A stretch of DNA of 64,000 nucleotides from Prorocentrum cordatum (Eukaryota): contig CAUYUJ010000065.1 in assembly GCA_963575745.1 (NCBI GenBank), forward strand, positions 1 through 64,000, written 5' to 3'. The position numbers and the translations under genes were made by a program. The notes beneath the pieces are model-generated. The model saw only the letters and a list, made by a program, of their open reading frames with translations. It ran no database searches and had not been told where the DNA came from. Below, piece by piece: positions 53,692-64,000 of the stretch. How positions within the stretch are numbered: the first letter of the stretch is position 1; every line of letters begins with the position of its first letter.

Positions 53692-56600
53692 TCCTCATGC
53701 GGACTCCGAAGGGCAGTTGGGGCTCCTAGGAACATGTGGCTGGCCTTCTGTCGATGCTGGCTACGGGTGTTTGGGGCCCGGGAGATTTTGGTAGTGATCG
53801 AGGGCAAGGAGTTCATGGATGCTCATGCGGATCGGGCTGTTGAGGACTGCCTGGCATTTGTTTTCGACGCGCGGGCGCCGAGGCGAAGACTGAGCGAGCG
53901 GGGGGCCGCTCTAAGGCTATCTGTGCGTGGGCGTGCGATCGGTGGGGGGCCGAGGCGCTGATCGTGGCGTGCAAGGAGGCGAAAAACCGTGTCGTTAACC
54001 GCTCAGGATTCGTTCCAGTGCAAAGGGTGCCTGGGCAGCTGCAGCGACCGCCGGGGAGCTACTCTCCGATAACTGTATGGGCGCCCGTCTAAGTGCTCAA
54101 GATCCAGATGCGGAAGGGCATCGTGCTCATCGGCTTCGACTTGCAGCTCGTCGAACCATGATGGAGGTGGACATTCACGGGTCTCTTAACCGTGTGCTGG
54201 CAAGGGGGGCTCGACCTCGAGTGCAAGTTCAGCCTGGTGAGCGGCCAGGGCGCGGAGGAAGTTCGCGGGGGGCAGTGGGGGCAGGGGGCGCCCAGACTTC
54301 AAGAAGGAGCGATGCTGCGATGGGAGGGGCCATGCGTGGTACTAATGGGTCAAGGATGGTTCGGCCTGGGCCTGGCAGTGCAGCCTGGGGCTGGTGCGTC
54401 TGTCGATCAGCGACGAGTGCTGAGGAGCTGAAGGTCTGAGCACCCACTATGGCGATCTCCGGGGGCAGCTCGGCATGCGTGGGCGGCGGCGTGGGTTCTC
54501 CGACATCGCCGCTGACGGCCGTCTTGCAGACTGGGCCTGGGGCGGATATCAGCGGTTTCATGCTCCACTGGCCCCTGTCGCTCAACCCGCGCCAGTTTGC
54601 GAAGTTCGGGGCGTGCGACCTGACCCGCCAGAGCCTGTTCGAGATCCGTTTCCAGGGCCTGGAGATGCAGCGCCGCCGCCTGTTCAAGAACCACCTCGGC
54701 AACCACTTGAAGGGCGGCGAGCTGGACGTGGAGGAGCAAGCGGGAGCCGCGAGGAGGGTCCAGTCGATTTCGAGATGCTCAGGGTGGTCAAGAATGTTGG
54801 TGCGCGAGGCACTGTGCGGGCCGTTCGTGCGGAATGTCCGAGCCAAAAGCAGGGCTCAACCCGAACGGCAGGAGGGGGGGGAGTTTCTCGAGCGTGCAGC
54901 AGCGGCGGCGGTCAGGAGCACCGTGGATGTTTTAGACGCGCCGGGAATGGAGCCGAAGGTATCTGGACAGAGTCGTGGGTTTGTACGTGAACGGGGATCG
55001 GTGGAGGGCGGCCCCGCTCCCGCCGGGCGCGGGGTCGAGGCAATTATCGAGCGTGCTGCGGCGCAGAACTAGAAGCCATAATAGGAGGAAAGGCACCGCA
55101 AGTCACGCCGAGCCCTGGGCAAGAAATTTGAGGGGGGCATTTTCCCATCAAGGCAGCGTCTCCGTTCGCGAATGAATTGCGACGACGTGTATTTCACCAA
55201 GATGCGTGCAGTGCGCGAAGTACAGAAAATGGCGCATGCCGAAGGGGGGGGTGGCCCGAATGGGTCAGAGGAGATGCTGCCGATTAGGGCCGGGATACGT
55301 CTACTGGTTGAGTTCGCGTGTTGACTCTGTGCAAAAGTCGGAAGGGGCGCGATGCCCTCGCGCGGCAAGGGAAGGAGTGCCGCATCATTCCGTCGAGAAT
55401 CGTGCGTCGAAGAAAGCGTTCGGAGTAGCTGGGGCTGCCGGCCAGCTTCAAAAACCGCTGGTGTGTTCGGGGAGATCTAGATCCAGACTTTCTGTCTTTC
55501 GTACGCTCGGCATCTACTGTTACTGCGAGTTCGCTCATGGTGGTCTTGCAGATCGTTGTCTCCAACGAGTGGAGGGCTGCATTCGGGAACCTGTGGGGGG
55601 CCTTCATGCAGTCCGACGAGTCGGGGAGGGGGGTGGCAAGCTGTGCGCGGAGCAACCCAAAAGTGGCCTTCCAGGCATGGGGCCTGGCCAACCAGTCGAG
55701 CTCGTGTCGGGCGTGTGCAGTCTTGGGGGCGCTCCTGTGCGCTTTATGAAAGGCCTCAGGTGGGGCCCCGTGGAGCTGAGCTACCGACGCAGTGCGCTGG
55801 GCCCGATCGTGTACATGCTGTTCCCCGCCGGGGTACCTGCTCAGCCCGTGGCGAGGCTGGCAGATTCTCGCGGACGGCGTGGACTTGAAGGACCTGGAGT
55901 TCAGGCGCGACTGGGCGTGGAGGGCATCGCGGTGGTGGAGGTGAATGACATCTTCGATGTGGGTCGTCGCCGTCATCTAGAACAGATGGCCCGGCTGCGG
56001 GAGTGAGAAAGTTCGGGGATGTAAATTCGCGATGGAAGGATTCCGAGGGGGCCATGTTGAACCGCGCCGCTGCAGCCAGGACGCCGAATTTAACTAACGC
56101 TTGTCCATGAATAAGTTCATTGAGGTGAGGTTCTCGCCAGCCAATGGAGCTCGGGGAAAAGCTGGGGGTGGCGCGTGTGCGGCCGGAGAGTGCAGTCAAG
56201 CTCGTGCAGTTCTCGGTTCGCTGAACTAGTTGACGCGGGAGCCGAGAGCGGGCGGTGCTGGGGTGTGCAGATTACTACTTCAGCAGTTTCGGAGAAAGCC
56301 GACCTACTGCGACGTCATGGAGATTAACCAGCTGGTGAAGCACATGCAGGATGCAGCGGATTTGGGAAGTGCTACGTGGTCCACTCCACTCGAGGAGCTG
56401 ATGTGGGCATCTGTGTCTGGTGCAAGTTTGCGGAGCAGCATTGGCGGGGGGGCCCGAGGAGCAAGTGCAGTGTTGGCTGCCGCGCGTCGAGTCTCCCAGT
56501 GAGAACGACAACCGGCAATGTTATCGGCGTGGAGGAGCTTATGGATGAATTGCGCGGTGAATTCTACTTTGCGGAGACGCTTTCTCCGAATGCTGGAGTT

Positions 56601-57088
56601 GCCGAGCTCGGGTGGATGGTCGCGCCGTGCCATGTGTTTGCCTTCTTTGGTTTCAGGCTCGACGGGCGGGAAAGGCAGCGCGAGCTTCGGGGGGCTACTG
56701 TCACCTGATGGGCGAGGCACTGGGGATAACGGCGCGCTGACTCTGCGAAAGCGTCGCGGGCGGGAAGTCGCCGTGCGACTTCCTGCAGAGGGGGGCTACT
56801 GGAGGGCGCGACCGAAAGTGCTCGACGCAGATCCAGATCATTCGCCAGGCCATCAACGCAACGCGTTTGCTGGGTGGATCATCCGGCCATGCTGGCGGAT
56901 GGGGCAGCAAAGCGCGCGGCGAGTATGGGGTCCGTGTTGGAGCTGATGCGGCTCGGAACGATGTGCGCCGCGAGTGAGGGGGCGACCGCGGTGGCGCAGA
57001 AGGTGCGCAGAGCGGCTGGGCAGTGGCCGAAGCGCTTGCGTTTGAGCCATTTACTAAGAGGCCGAAGGGAACAGAGATTCTCAGTGGC

Positions 57089-58418
57089 TGTCGATTTGCC
57101 TCGCAGTGTCTGCGCGTCCACTTCTCTTCGCTGGCTTTTCAGCCGTCTGTTATGTCAGCTTGCCTTGCCGGCGACGTTCTCCGCGGTGGTTCGTCGGTCC
57201 TTTCCCCCCTTTGGGTCGCGGGGGTCGCTCGCTTCGCCGTCGTCGGTCTAGCGCGGGTCGGCCGTGTCGCGGGGTGTTCCGTCGTGGTCTCTCCAGGCTC
57301 CTCTCTTGCTTTTGCTTTTGCTGCTTTCGGGGGCGTCTTCTCTTCTTCTCTCTTCTCCGGAGCGTCTTGCCCCCTTTCCTTCCTCTTCTTCCAGGTCGTC
57401 CAGGCGGCGGGGGTCTGTCTCAGTCCGAGCGGGCCCGTGTCCCGTGGGCGGGTTCGCCTTGCTCGTCGCCTTTTTTGTCTTTGACGCGTGCAGTCCCTCT
57501 TGTGTTAGGTGGTCTCTGATGTTTTGCTTTGCTTCTGCTTCGAGTTGCCTTTATGGTAGCTCTTTGCGGCTTTGGTTGCGTTTGGGGCTTCTGCTTTAAC
57601 GCTGGCGTCTGCACTGCGTGTTGGCCATGTTCGCGCATGTTCGCCGCCCATGTGCGCCGCCGCTTCTGGCGGTTGCTGCTCGCAGTCGCCCGCGTTCGCT
57701 TGTGTTTTTGTTGTCCACGGCTATGCCAGCCTCGCCGTGTGATCATTGTCGTCACGCCGACTTCTTGCATTTGTTGCGCGGTCGCCTTCAATGGTTCTTG
57801 TCCGCTGCAAGATCGGTGGCGTTTCTTTGTTGCCCAGTTGCCCTGCGCGTATGCGCCGCCACCGAGTTGGCTAGTCGGGCAGCTTTGTAGTCCTTGTTTG
57901 TTGCCTTCTTAGGCTTATTCGCACCAGACTGCTGTTTGCGCTTCGAACTTCCCGCGTCGAGTTTTTGTTCCGCGGCTTCTTTTGCCGCTGCACTTTGGCT
58001 TTGCAGCGCCTGCTGTTGTTCCCACCACCAAACAGCATGGCCGTGACTGAATTCTTTCATCATGGCGCAATCGATTAATTTCGTTCGCAGTTGGCACCTC
58101 CACCATTCGACCGCGCCCGAGGCTCCTCTGCGCCGCCGACTCAAAGAATTGTGCGTTTCTCTTCAGTTCGCCTCTGGTTCTCTGCGTGTCATCCGTATGC
58201 CCGCCGCGGCCAATTGCTGCTCGGGATGGCCTGCTTAGTCTCTCGTGAGATTTCAGAGCAACGCCAGACAGCGAACACAGCATATCCCGATTCCCTTCTC
58301 CCGTGCGAGCGCGAGCTGTGCGCGGTTTTTTTCTGGCAGCGCGGTCGGCGGATTAGAATTCCCAATCATTGTGCGCCCGTCGTGTGAAAAGGACCTGCCC
58401 ATCGTCGTGGCCTTGTCA
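57089..58418 (+). repeat. 3' LTR, split by a ~1-kb insertion
   Basis: tgtcgatttgcctcgcagtgtctgcgcgtccacttctcttc matches the 5' LTR start and follows a purine-rich tract; homology resumes at ~58150 and ends ...ttgtCA. Confidence 0.62.
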
Positions 58419-59499
58419 GGTTTGGATCAATCAGCCTGCAGCGAGACAATATGTGGCGCAGTAAGGACGAACACTCCGACCTCTGCACCGACGCCCATTC
58501 TTCCGACCGACGCGCCGACGCCGATGCCTCCGACCGACGCGCCGACGCCGATGCCTCCGACCGACGCGCCGACGCCGATGCCTCCGATCGACGCACCGAC
58601 GCCGATCCCCTGGACCTACGCACCGACGGCAGTGCCAACGTCCGCACCGACGCCGGCGACGCCGACGTACGCACCGACGCTGGAGCCCCGGACCTACGCA
58701 CCGACGATTGCGCCGACGGCCGCGCTGGTGACGCGAGCACCGGCGGCAGCGCCGACGGCCGCGCCGACGGCAGTGCCGATGTCTCTCCGCCGTTGCCCGC
58801 GCTGACGGCGGCGGCGACGCCTGCGCCGACGGCTGCGCAGACGGCCTCGCCGACGCCGATGCCTCTGACCTGCGCTCCCACGTCCGAGCCCGCGCCGACG
58901 GCCGCGGCGACGCCTGCGCCGACGGCCGCACCGACGGCCTCGCCGACGCCGGTGCCTCCGACCTACGCGTCGACGCCCGCGCCGACGGCCGCGCCGTCGC
59001 CAGCGCCTCCGACTTACGCGCCGACGCCAGCGCCTCCGACCTACGCGTCGACGCCCGGGCCGACGGCCGCGCCGACGCCTGCGCCGACGGCCGCGCCGAC
59101 GGCCGCACCGACGCCGATGCCTCCAACTAACGCGCCAACTCCGGCGCCGACTACAGTAACGCTTTCACGTGTGATGCTACGACAATTTACCCGGCCCGAC
59201 AGCCAGCTTCGGGAAGCGTAATGTCGTTGGCACCACATCGGCCACAGTGTGCGTCCTTGCTGCAGCGTGGGCCTGACCGCAGCCGATGCGGGAGGAGACC
59301 TGACGTGCCAGTGGGGAACGGGAGCGGGGGGAGGGAGACGGGAAGAGGCATCCAGAGGATCACCCGTGACTCTGCTGAGATACGGTGGAGTTCGCGCGCA
59401 GTACATCGACTCATCTACATCTAACGAGGGGCCGGGTCTGGGGGCCCCAGGCCAGGACCCCGGCCACAAGCGTGTGGACCGCGCTGCCCAGGGCCCCGC

Positions 59500-61170
59500 C
59501 GGCGAGCCAGAGGCCTTCCAAGATCGCCCGAAGGCGGACCGATCGCTTGAAAAACTCGCTTCGGGACCGCCGACACGGCCCATGGCGGCCCCAGAATGCC
59601 CAGAATCCCCAGACCGTCCCAGAGGCTTTCAAAACGCTCCAAAAGACTTCCACGAGGCCTCCCAAGAGGCCATTGATCGAGGGCTTCTGGGTCGGATTTT
59701 GGTTTTCTCGCCGCTTCGGCTTCCCAGCGCTCCAAAGCGGCCCGAGACGCCTCCAAGGACGTTCTAATACTGCCCAAGAGGCTCCTGAGAGAGCCTCACG
59801 ACGCCCCGAGGGAGCTCCAGAACGGCCCTGCTGAGAGGGCCCCAAAGAGGCTTGAGACGGGGGGCCCGAACGGACATTTCGAGCCCTCGGCCTCGAGAGG
59901 CCCCCAGGAAGCCCCGAGATGCCCCCAAGGAAACCCCTTAAGAGGCCCGAAGAGGCCTCCAAGAGGCCCCGACGAGGCATTCAAGAGGCTTCCACGAGGC
60001 CCCCAGAAGAACCAATTTCATATATTTTCAGGGATGTTTTGAAGGATTTGGGAGTTCTCGCCTTTACCGCTTTCCGATTCTCCAAGGTGGCCCAAGAGGC
60101 CTCCAAGATCGCCCAAACACTACCCAAGAAGCCCCCAAGAGCGCCCCAACCCACTTCAAGAGTCTTCCAACGCGGCCTGGACCCTGGACTGTCACACTTT
60201 TTCAGAACTGCATCCATTCCCCCCTGGATCACCTTTTAGTCCCGGCGGGGTCCCGACTCTTTTCGGTGCGCTTCCGGGCGGGGCCCGCTGATGGGGGGCC
60301 GCTAAACAGCCCCCAGAGCGATCAGGCAGCCGTCCCGACGGCCCAAGACTGCCCCGAGCTACCCTGAAGACGGCCTCCAGGGGTATCAGACGGCCCAACA
60401 AGCTTTCTAAACGGCCCAAGAGGCCCCCAAGACGGCTCATGAAGGATCCAAGAGGGCCCCGACGAGCGCCCCGAAAGGCCAAAATTTCCCCAAGACGGCG
60501 TCAGAGGCCTCCTTGGGAGCCCCAAGATGATTCGAGAGGGCCCCAGGACGGCCCAAGAGGCACCCCAAGACGGCCCAAGAGGGCCCCAGAGCGGCCCCAA
60601 GAGAGGCCCAAAATGGGGAACACGTACCCACAATTCCAGCCTACACCCCTGCAGGCCCCAGGAGGCCCCAAGAGGCCCCGAAGAGGCGCTACGAGGCCGC
60701 CAAGAGGCCCCCAAGAGGCCCGAAAGAGGCCACGAGAAGCCCCCAAACAGCCCCCAAGAGGCTCCCAACGGAGTGCCAACGAACACCCCAGAGGCCTCCG
60801 ACACACAGCCCTGGCACCGTAGCAGGATGGTCCGAAGACCCATCTATATTCCCCGTCCTATATTTTTACAAGCCGAGGAGCCGGGATAAAACGGCCCCCC
60901 CCCCAACAACAAAAACTGGACCCCCTCGAGTCGGGGCTTTGGGACCCCCTGAGCGCCCTTCGAAGCTGTGCTCAAGCCCTGCCGCGCCTCGCAGGGCGCC
61001 TTGCCAGGCCTTGCCCAGCTTGCCCAGCAGAACCCAAGCGATCAGAGAAGTGGTCCAGGAGAGCCCCAAGACAACGCAAGATTGCCTCAAGACGGCCCAC
61101 GAGGCTCCCAAGACGGCCCAAGAGGCCCCCAAGACACTCTAAGAGGCCTTCAGGATGGCCCCCCAAAGGC
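59500..61170 (-). repeat. Decamer element family in reverse orientation
   Basis: ccaagaggcc/ccaagacggc decamers, the reverse complement of the family above; also at 48900-49000. Confidence 0.85.
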
Positions 61171-61181
61171 GAGCATCTTTC

Positions 61182-61202
61182 CCGTAGCCATTTTGTCTCG
61201 AG
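61182..61202 (+). other. Relic dinoflagellate spliced leader (DinoSL) upstream of the 821-aa ORF
   Basis: CCGTAGCCATTTTGtCTCgAG vs DinoSL CCGTAGCCATTTTGGCTCAAG, 19/21 identity, 61 nt before the ATG. Confidence 0.92.
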
Positions 61203-61263
61203 TCGTTCGAGCGCCAAACGCCGAGGTACCAGCGCGCTCACCAGACCAGCAGGAAGGCGGGCA

Positions 61264-63729
61264 ATGATGTCCGTCCAGGGCTCGTGGGCGCTGGCATGGG
61301 CTCTTATGCTCACGTCCTGTGCGGCCACCCCGAACAAGTACGACATCGCAATCGCGGATCGTTGTCCGGACGTAGTCAGCACTGAGCCGTCAAGAGCAGC
61401 ATTGGACAGTGCTGCCGGGGGAGATAATTGGTTCTTGACTGAAGTCTTGTACAAGGCGGATGATTCGGAGGACATCTGGACGAAAACGATTGAGTATATG
61501 CAGGGCGATGGCGCCACAGATGTCGCGCCGAAGGCGGTCGGTCTGGTCTTGTTCATTCTCTTGCTATTGACCTGGTGGTGCTGCTGCTACACCTGCTGCC
61601 CGTGCTGCAAGTGCTGCCGGGTGTGCAGGGCGAAAGAGCAGAAGAAGTCGACGGATATCGTTTGCAAGCTGATCGGCACCATCTTGATTCTTGGCATCGG
61701 AGCTGGCCTGGTTGTATGTTGGATCTTTTCTGTCGCCACGTATGAAGACATCAGTAATGGCAGCCAGCGTCTCGGATGCACCGCCGCGAAGATGTCGAAG
61801 GCCCTCGTCGAAGGTCAAACGTCGCCTAATTTCATTGGTATGACCCCGCTGACCAATAGATTCACCAGTCTGAGCGACATCCTCGACGATGGCAGCGATT
61901 TCGTGACCGATTTCAATCAACTCATCGATAATACGGTGGAGATCGACCAGGCCTTTTCGTTTGCGACAGAGACGTTGGAGCTGCTGAAGGACATGATGAG
62001 CGAAAGCGCAAATCGCATGCCAAAGGGGCATACGTGTCTACTTTGCGATACTCTCAGCGGCGAGCTGACCGATGTGCTTGACACCATGGCAGACTCCTTG
62101 GCCTCGGCGCTCACCAACGCGCGCGCGGAAGCGAAGGCGGCGCTGGACGCCGATAAGCGCGAGGATTTGCGGAGGCTGCTCGATGACTCCGTTGAGCCGC
62201 TCTCCGAAGTCAACGAGCTGCTTCTGGACGCCTTGGACCCGCTGGTTGACGGGGAGAACTGGGACATGGTGGAGTCGAGCGTGACGGAAGGCAGGCTAAG
62301 CATGTACATCCTCCCCGCGTATGGGCTGCTCGCCGTGATCTGTGGCGGTCTGGGGTGCCTCGCCTTCTCGCTGCGGGAGAGCGGCGCGGACGGGCAGACG
62401 CAGGCGCTGCCGCACAGGTGCGCCTGCTGCAGCTGGTGCTGCGGCTTCTTCGTGGCCGCGCTGTGCTTCCTGGCCGGCGGGTTCCTGCAGACCCTCGGCG
62501 TGCCCCTGGGCGTCACGTGCCTGACCCTCGACGGCTTCAACGGGGACGTCATCGATGGCTCCTCGGACGCGCTGGAGCTCGATCTCACCGGGGACTCCCT
62601 CACCATGGTGAAGAACATCGTGGACCAGTGCCTGAACCCGTCAGACGTCTCTGTGTCGGCAAACTTCGCGGACGTCCTCCTGACCACCTCGGCAGGCTCC
62701 ACCCAGACGATGAGGCAGTTGATCGAGGCCGATCTGAAGGAAGCGATCGACGCGCCATTTGCCGAGCTTCAAACCAAGTTGTCGAGCGCGAATACGGCGC
62801 TGGCCAACAATACGGGAGTGACGGGCCTGCGGGAGCTTCTGAGCGTGTACGGGGCATCCATTTCAGAATTCATCGTGACAGATGGTGACTCGATGAATGC
62901 CCTTATTGCGGCTGACGGGATAACTGGGGAGGACGTTACGATGATCACCTCGTTGGCCTGCTCAAACTCAACAACCTTCGATGATGTGCCTATCTTGGGC
63001 ATGGACGCGTACTTCTCAGGCCCTTCGGCCCTTACAGAGTCAGACTATGACTTGACCGTGACCATGCCTTGCAGTTCATCAGCATTGCCCCCTTGCTTCT
63101 CTGAAGCCAATTGCAAAGCGTCATCTTTCGTCATTCAGACGAAGGAGGACCTCAGAAACGACGTCGAGTTCAGGTGCGACGTGTTCCAAGACGCCTCTGG
63201 CACTGAGTGCCCAGTCTGGACCCAGCGCGTAGATGGGGTAGCAGCTGATTATGTAACGTGCATGGGTTCCGATAATACTTATTCGAGGCTCCCAAAAAAT
63301 TGCACTTTAACTCAGTTCGAGACGTACCTTGCGGAATTTAACGAGAGAATTAAAGTTGCCTTCACAACCCTCGACGACACCACGGCCACCATGACAGCCG
63401 AGATCGACGTGGGGCTGCGTGAGCTGATCGACGACAATGTTGTCAGCGAGGTCACAGAGATTCTGGATGGTATGGGGTGTAACTTCTTGGGGGAGTTCTA
63501 CCAGAGCATCATTTGGGGCGCGTGCTACGAGGGAGTGGGTGGCATGGCTTATCTCGGCTTCCTGTACGTGATTGTGGGTGCCTTGATGTGCGTGCTGATA
63601 ATCGTCACGTACGCCATGTGGCGACGCTCGGTCGACAACTACAATTGGGACATGGAGCACCCAGGCGATGGTGGTTATCCTGCTTCGTCTGACGATGGAG
63701 GTGGCGGCGATCGCGACGAGTCCATCTGA
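61264..63729 (+). CDS. Intronless 821-aa membrane protein, prominin/tweety-like (signal peptide + 5 TM), retrogene
   Basis: Uninterrupted ORF; N-terminal hydrophobic signal; five TM stretches; Cys cluster WWCCCYTCCPCCKCC after TM1; two large loops; C-terminal FYQSIIWGACYEGVGGMAYL resembles the tweety pre-TM5 motif (family call by eye). Confidence 0.85.
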   Translation: MMSVQGSWALAWALMLTSCAATPNKYDIAIADRCPDVVSTEPSRAALDSAAGGDNWFLTEVLYKADDSEDIWTKTIEYMQGDGATDVAPKAVGLVLFILLLLTWWCCCYTCCPCCKCCRVCRAKEQKKSTDIVCKLIGTILILGIGAGLVVCWIFSVATYEDISNGSQRLGCTAAKMSKALVEGQTSPNFIGMTPLTNRFTSLSDILDDGSDFVTDFNQLIDNTVEIDQAFSFATETLELLKDMMSESANRMPKGHTCLLCDTLSGELTDVLDTMADSLASALTNARAEAKAALDADKREDLRRLLDDSVEPLSEVNELLLDALDPLVDGENWDMVESSVTEGRLSMYILPAYGLLAVICGGLGCLAFSLRESGADGQTQALPHRCACCSWCCGFFVAALCFLAGGFLQTLGVPLGVTCLTLDGFNGDVIDGSSDALELDLTGDSLTMVKNIVDQCLNPSDVSVSANFADVLLTTSAGSTQTMRQLIEADLKEAIDAPFAELQTKLSSANTALANNTGVTGLRELLSVYGASISEFIVTDGDSMNALIAADGITGEDVTMITSLACSNSTTFDDVPILGMDAYFSGPSALTESDYDLTVTMPCSSSALPPCFSEANCKASSFVIQTKEDLRNDVEFRCDVFQDASGTECPVWTQRVDGVAADYVTCMGSDNTYSRLPKNCTLTQFETYLAEFNERIKVAFTTLDDTTATMTAEIDVGLRELIDDNVVSEVTEILDGMGCNFLGEFYQSIIWGACYEGVGGMAYLGFLYVIVGALMCVLIIVTYAMWRRSVDNYNWDMEHPGDGGYPASSDDGGGGDRDESI

Positions 63730-64000
63730 GCACCCTGCGGGTGTGCGGGGCAGCCGCGGGCGGGGCGGAGCGGCGTGGCTGATGTACCGATCTGGCGGCC
63801 ACGGCGGCGTCCACGCTGCTCGCCCGCCTCCCTCTGCCTCCCCCTCTCCCTGTCCTTGTGCTTCTCTCGCTTTCAAACCTCGGCAATGCTTCTAGTTTTG
63901 ATTTGAGAGGCTCGAGACTGTGTGCCAAAGTAGCCGGCAGTTCCCAAGCTGGACTATTGTGTTGTCCAAGCGCGAGCTCGCAGTCATTCCATTTGGGTTT

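Larger units (their letters stand above)
49208..58418 (+). mobile_element. Degenerate Ty1/copia-like LTR retrotransposon
   Basis: Direct terminal repeats; decayed gag (LDAALAPYLEQAMPRAFE; knuckle remnant KCARGGQVSH*AGLC ~50520), protease-like ~51130-51360, integrase-like ~53300-54180, RT remnants (KKAFGVAGAA, GAFMQSDE, PIVYMLF..GIAVVEVNDIF) ~55400-56050, RNaseH-like ~56280-57050; many stops and frameshifts. Confidence 0.78.
49002..59221 (+). pseudogene. Retroposed Pro/Thr/Ala-repeat (mucin-like, PT-repeat) secreted-protein pseudogene interrupted by an LTR element
   Basis: SL at 49002; signal-like SRVVAFFALVVSVNV at ~49110-49150; after the element, GLDQSACSETICG followed by TDAPTPMPP/APTAAPT repeats at 58460-59155 with a frameshift near 58790; no clear ATG. 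Confidence 0.6.

Noticed and set aside
48224..64000. Next SRPK exon (IIHTDLKPEN)
   Set aside because: Not found on manual scan; presumed to lie downstream of the window

Overview
Eukaryotic, GC-rich and repeat-saturated DNA that is almost certainly dinoflagellate. The evidence is two relic dinoflagellate spliced leaders plus GC/GA splice donors with AG|G acceptors; the repeat style suggests a Prorocentrum-like genome (inference). The backbone is a + strand SR-protein kinase (SRPK) gene whose nine micro-exons (529 coding nt over ~48 kb) splice in frame to EDYTESDDEGVDQYKKGGYHVVNIGEVYNSRYRVVAKLGWGHFSTVWLCEDTSFGRYVAMKVQKSAPHYTEAAYDEIKLLWEAAKRGNSPEWEASQQGPILRELLPTSPFTGVVTLIDYFTHYGPNGQHVCMIFETMGPNVLALIKRFSFKGIPLDIVRKVAAHTLIGLDYLHRVCG; the gene continues beyond both window edges. 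Its introns hold: (i) a 5'-truncated, decayed non-LTR retrotransposon encoding RT, two C2H2 fingers and a C5 cytosine-methyltransferase domain, bounded by a structured 54-bp direct repeat; (ii) two nested, SL-marked retrocopies: a decayed Pro/Thr-repeat gene split by a degenerate copia-like LTR element, and an intact intronless 821-aa five-TM prominin/tweety-like gene; (iii) head-to-tail arrays of ~1-kb non-coding elements ending in a hairpin + GGCGGAT, HINE-like elements, minisatellites and very long microsatellites. Most ORFs in the supplied track are repeat artefacts. All calls were made by eye without database searches.
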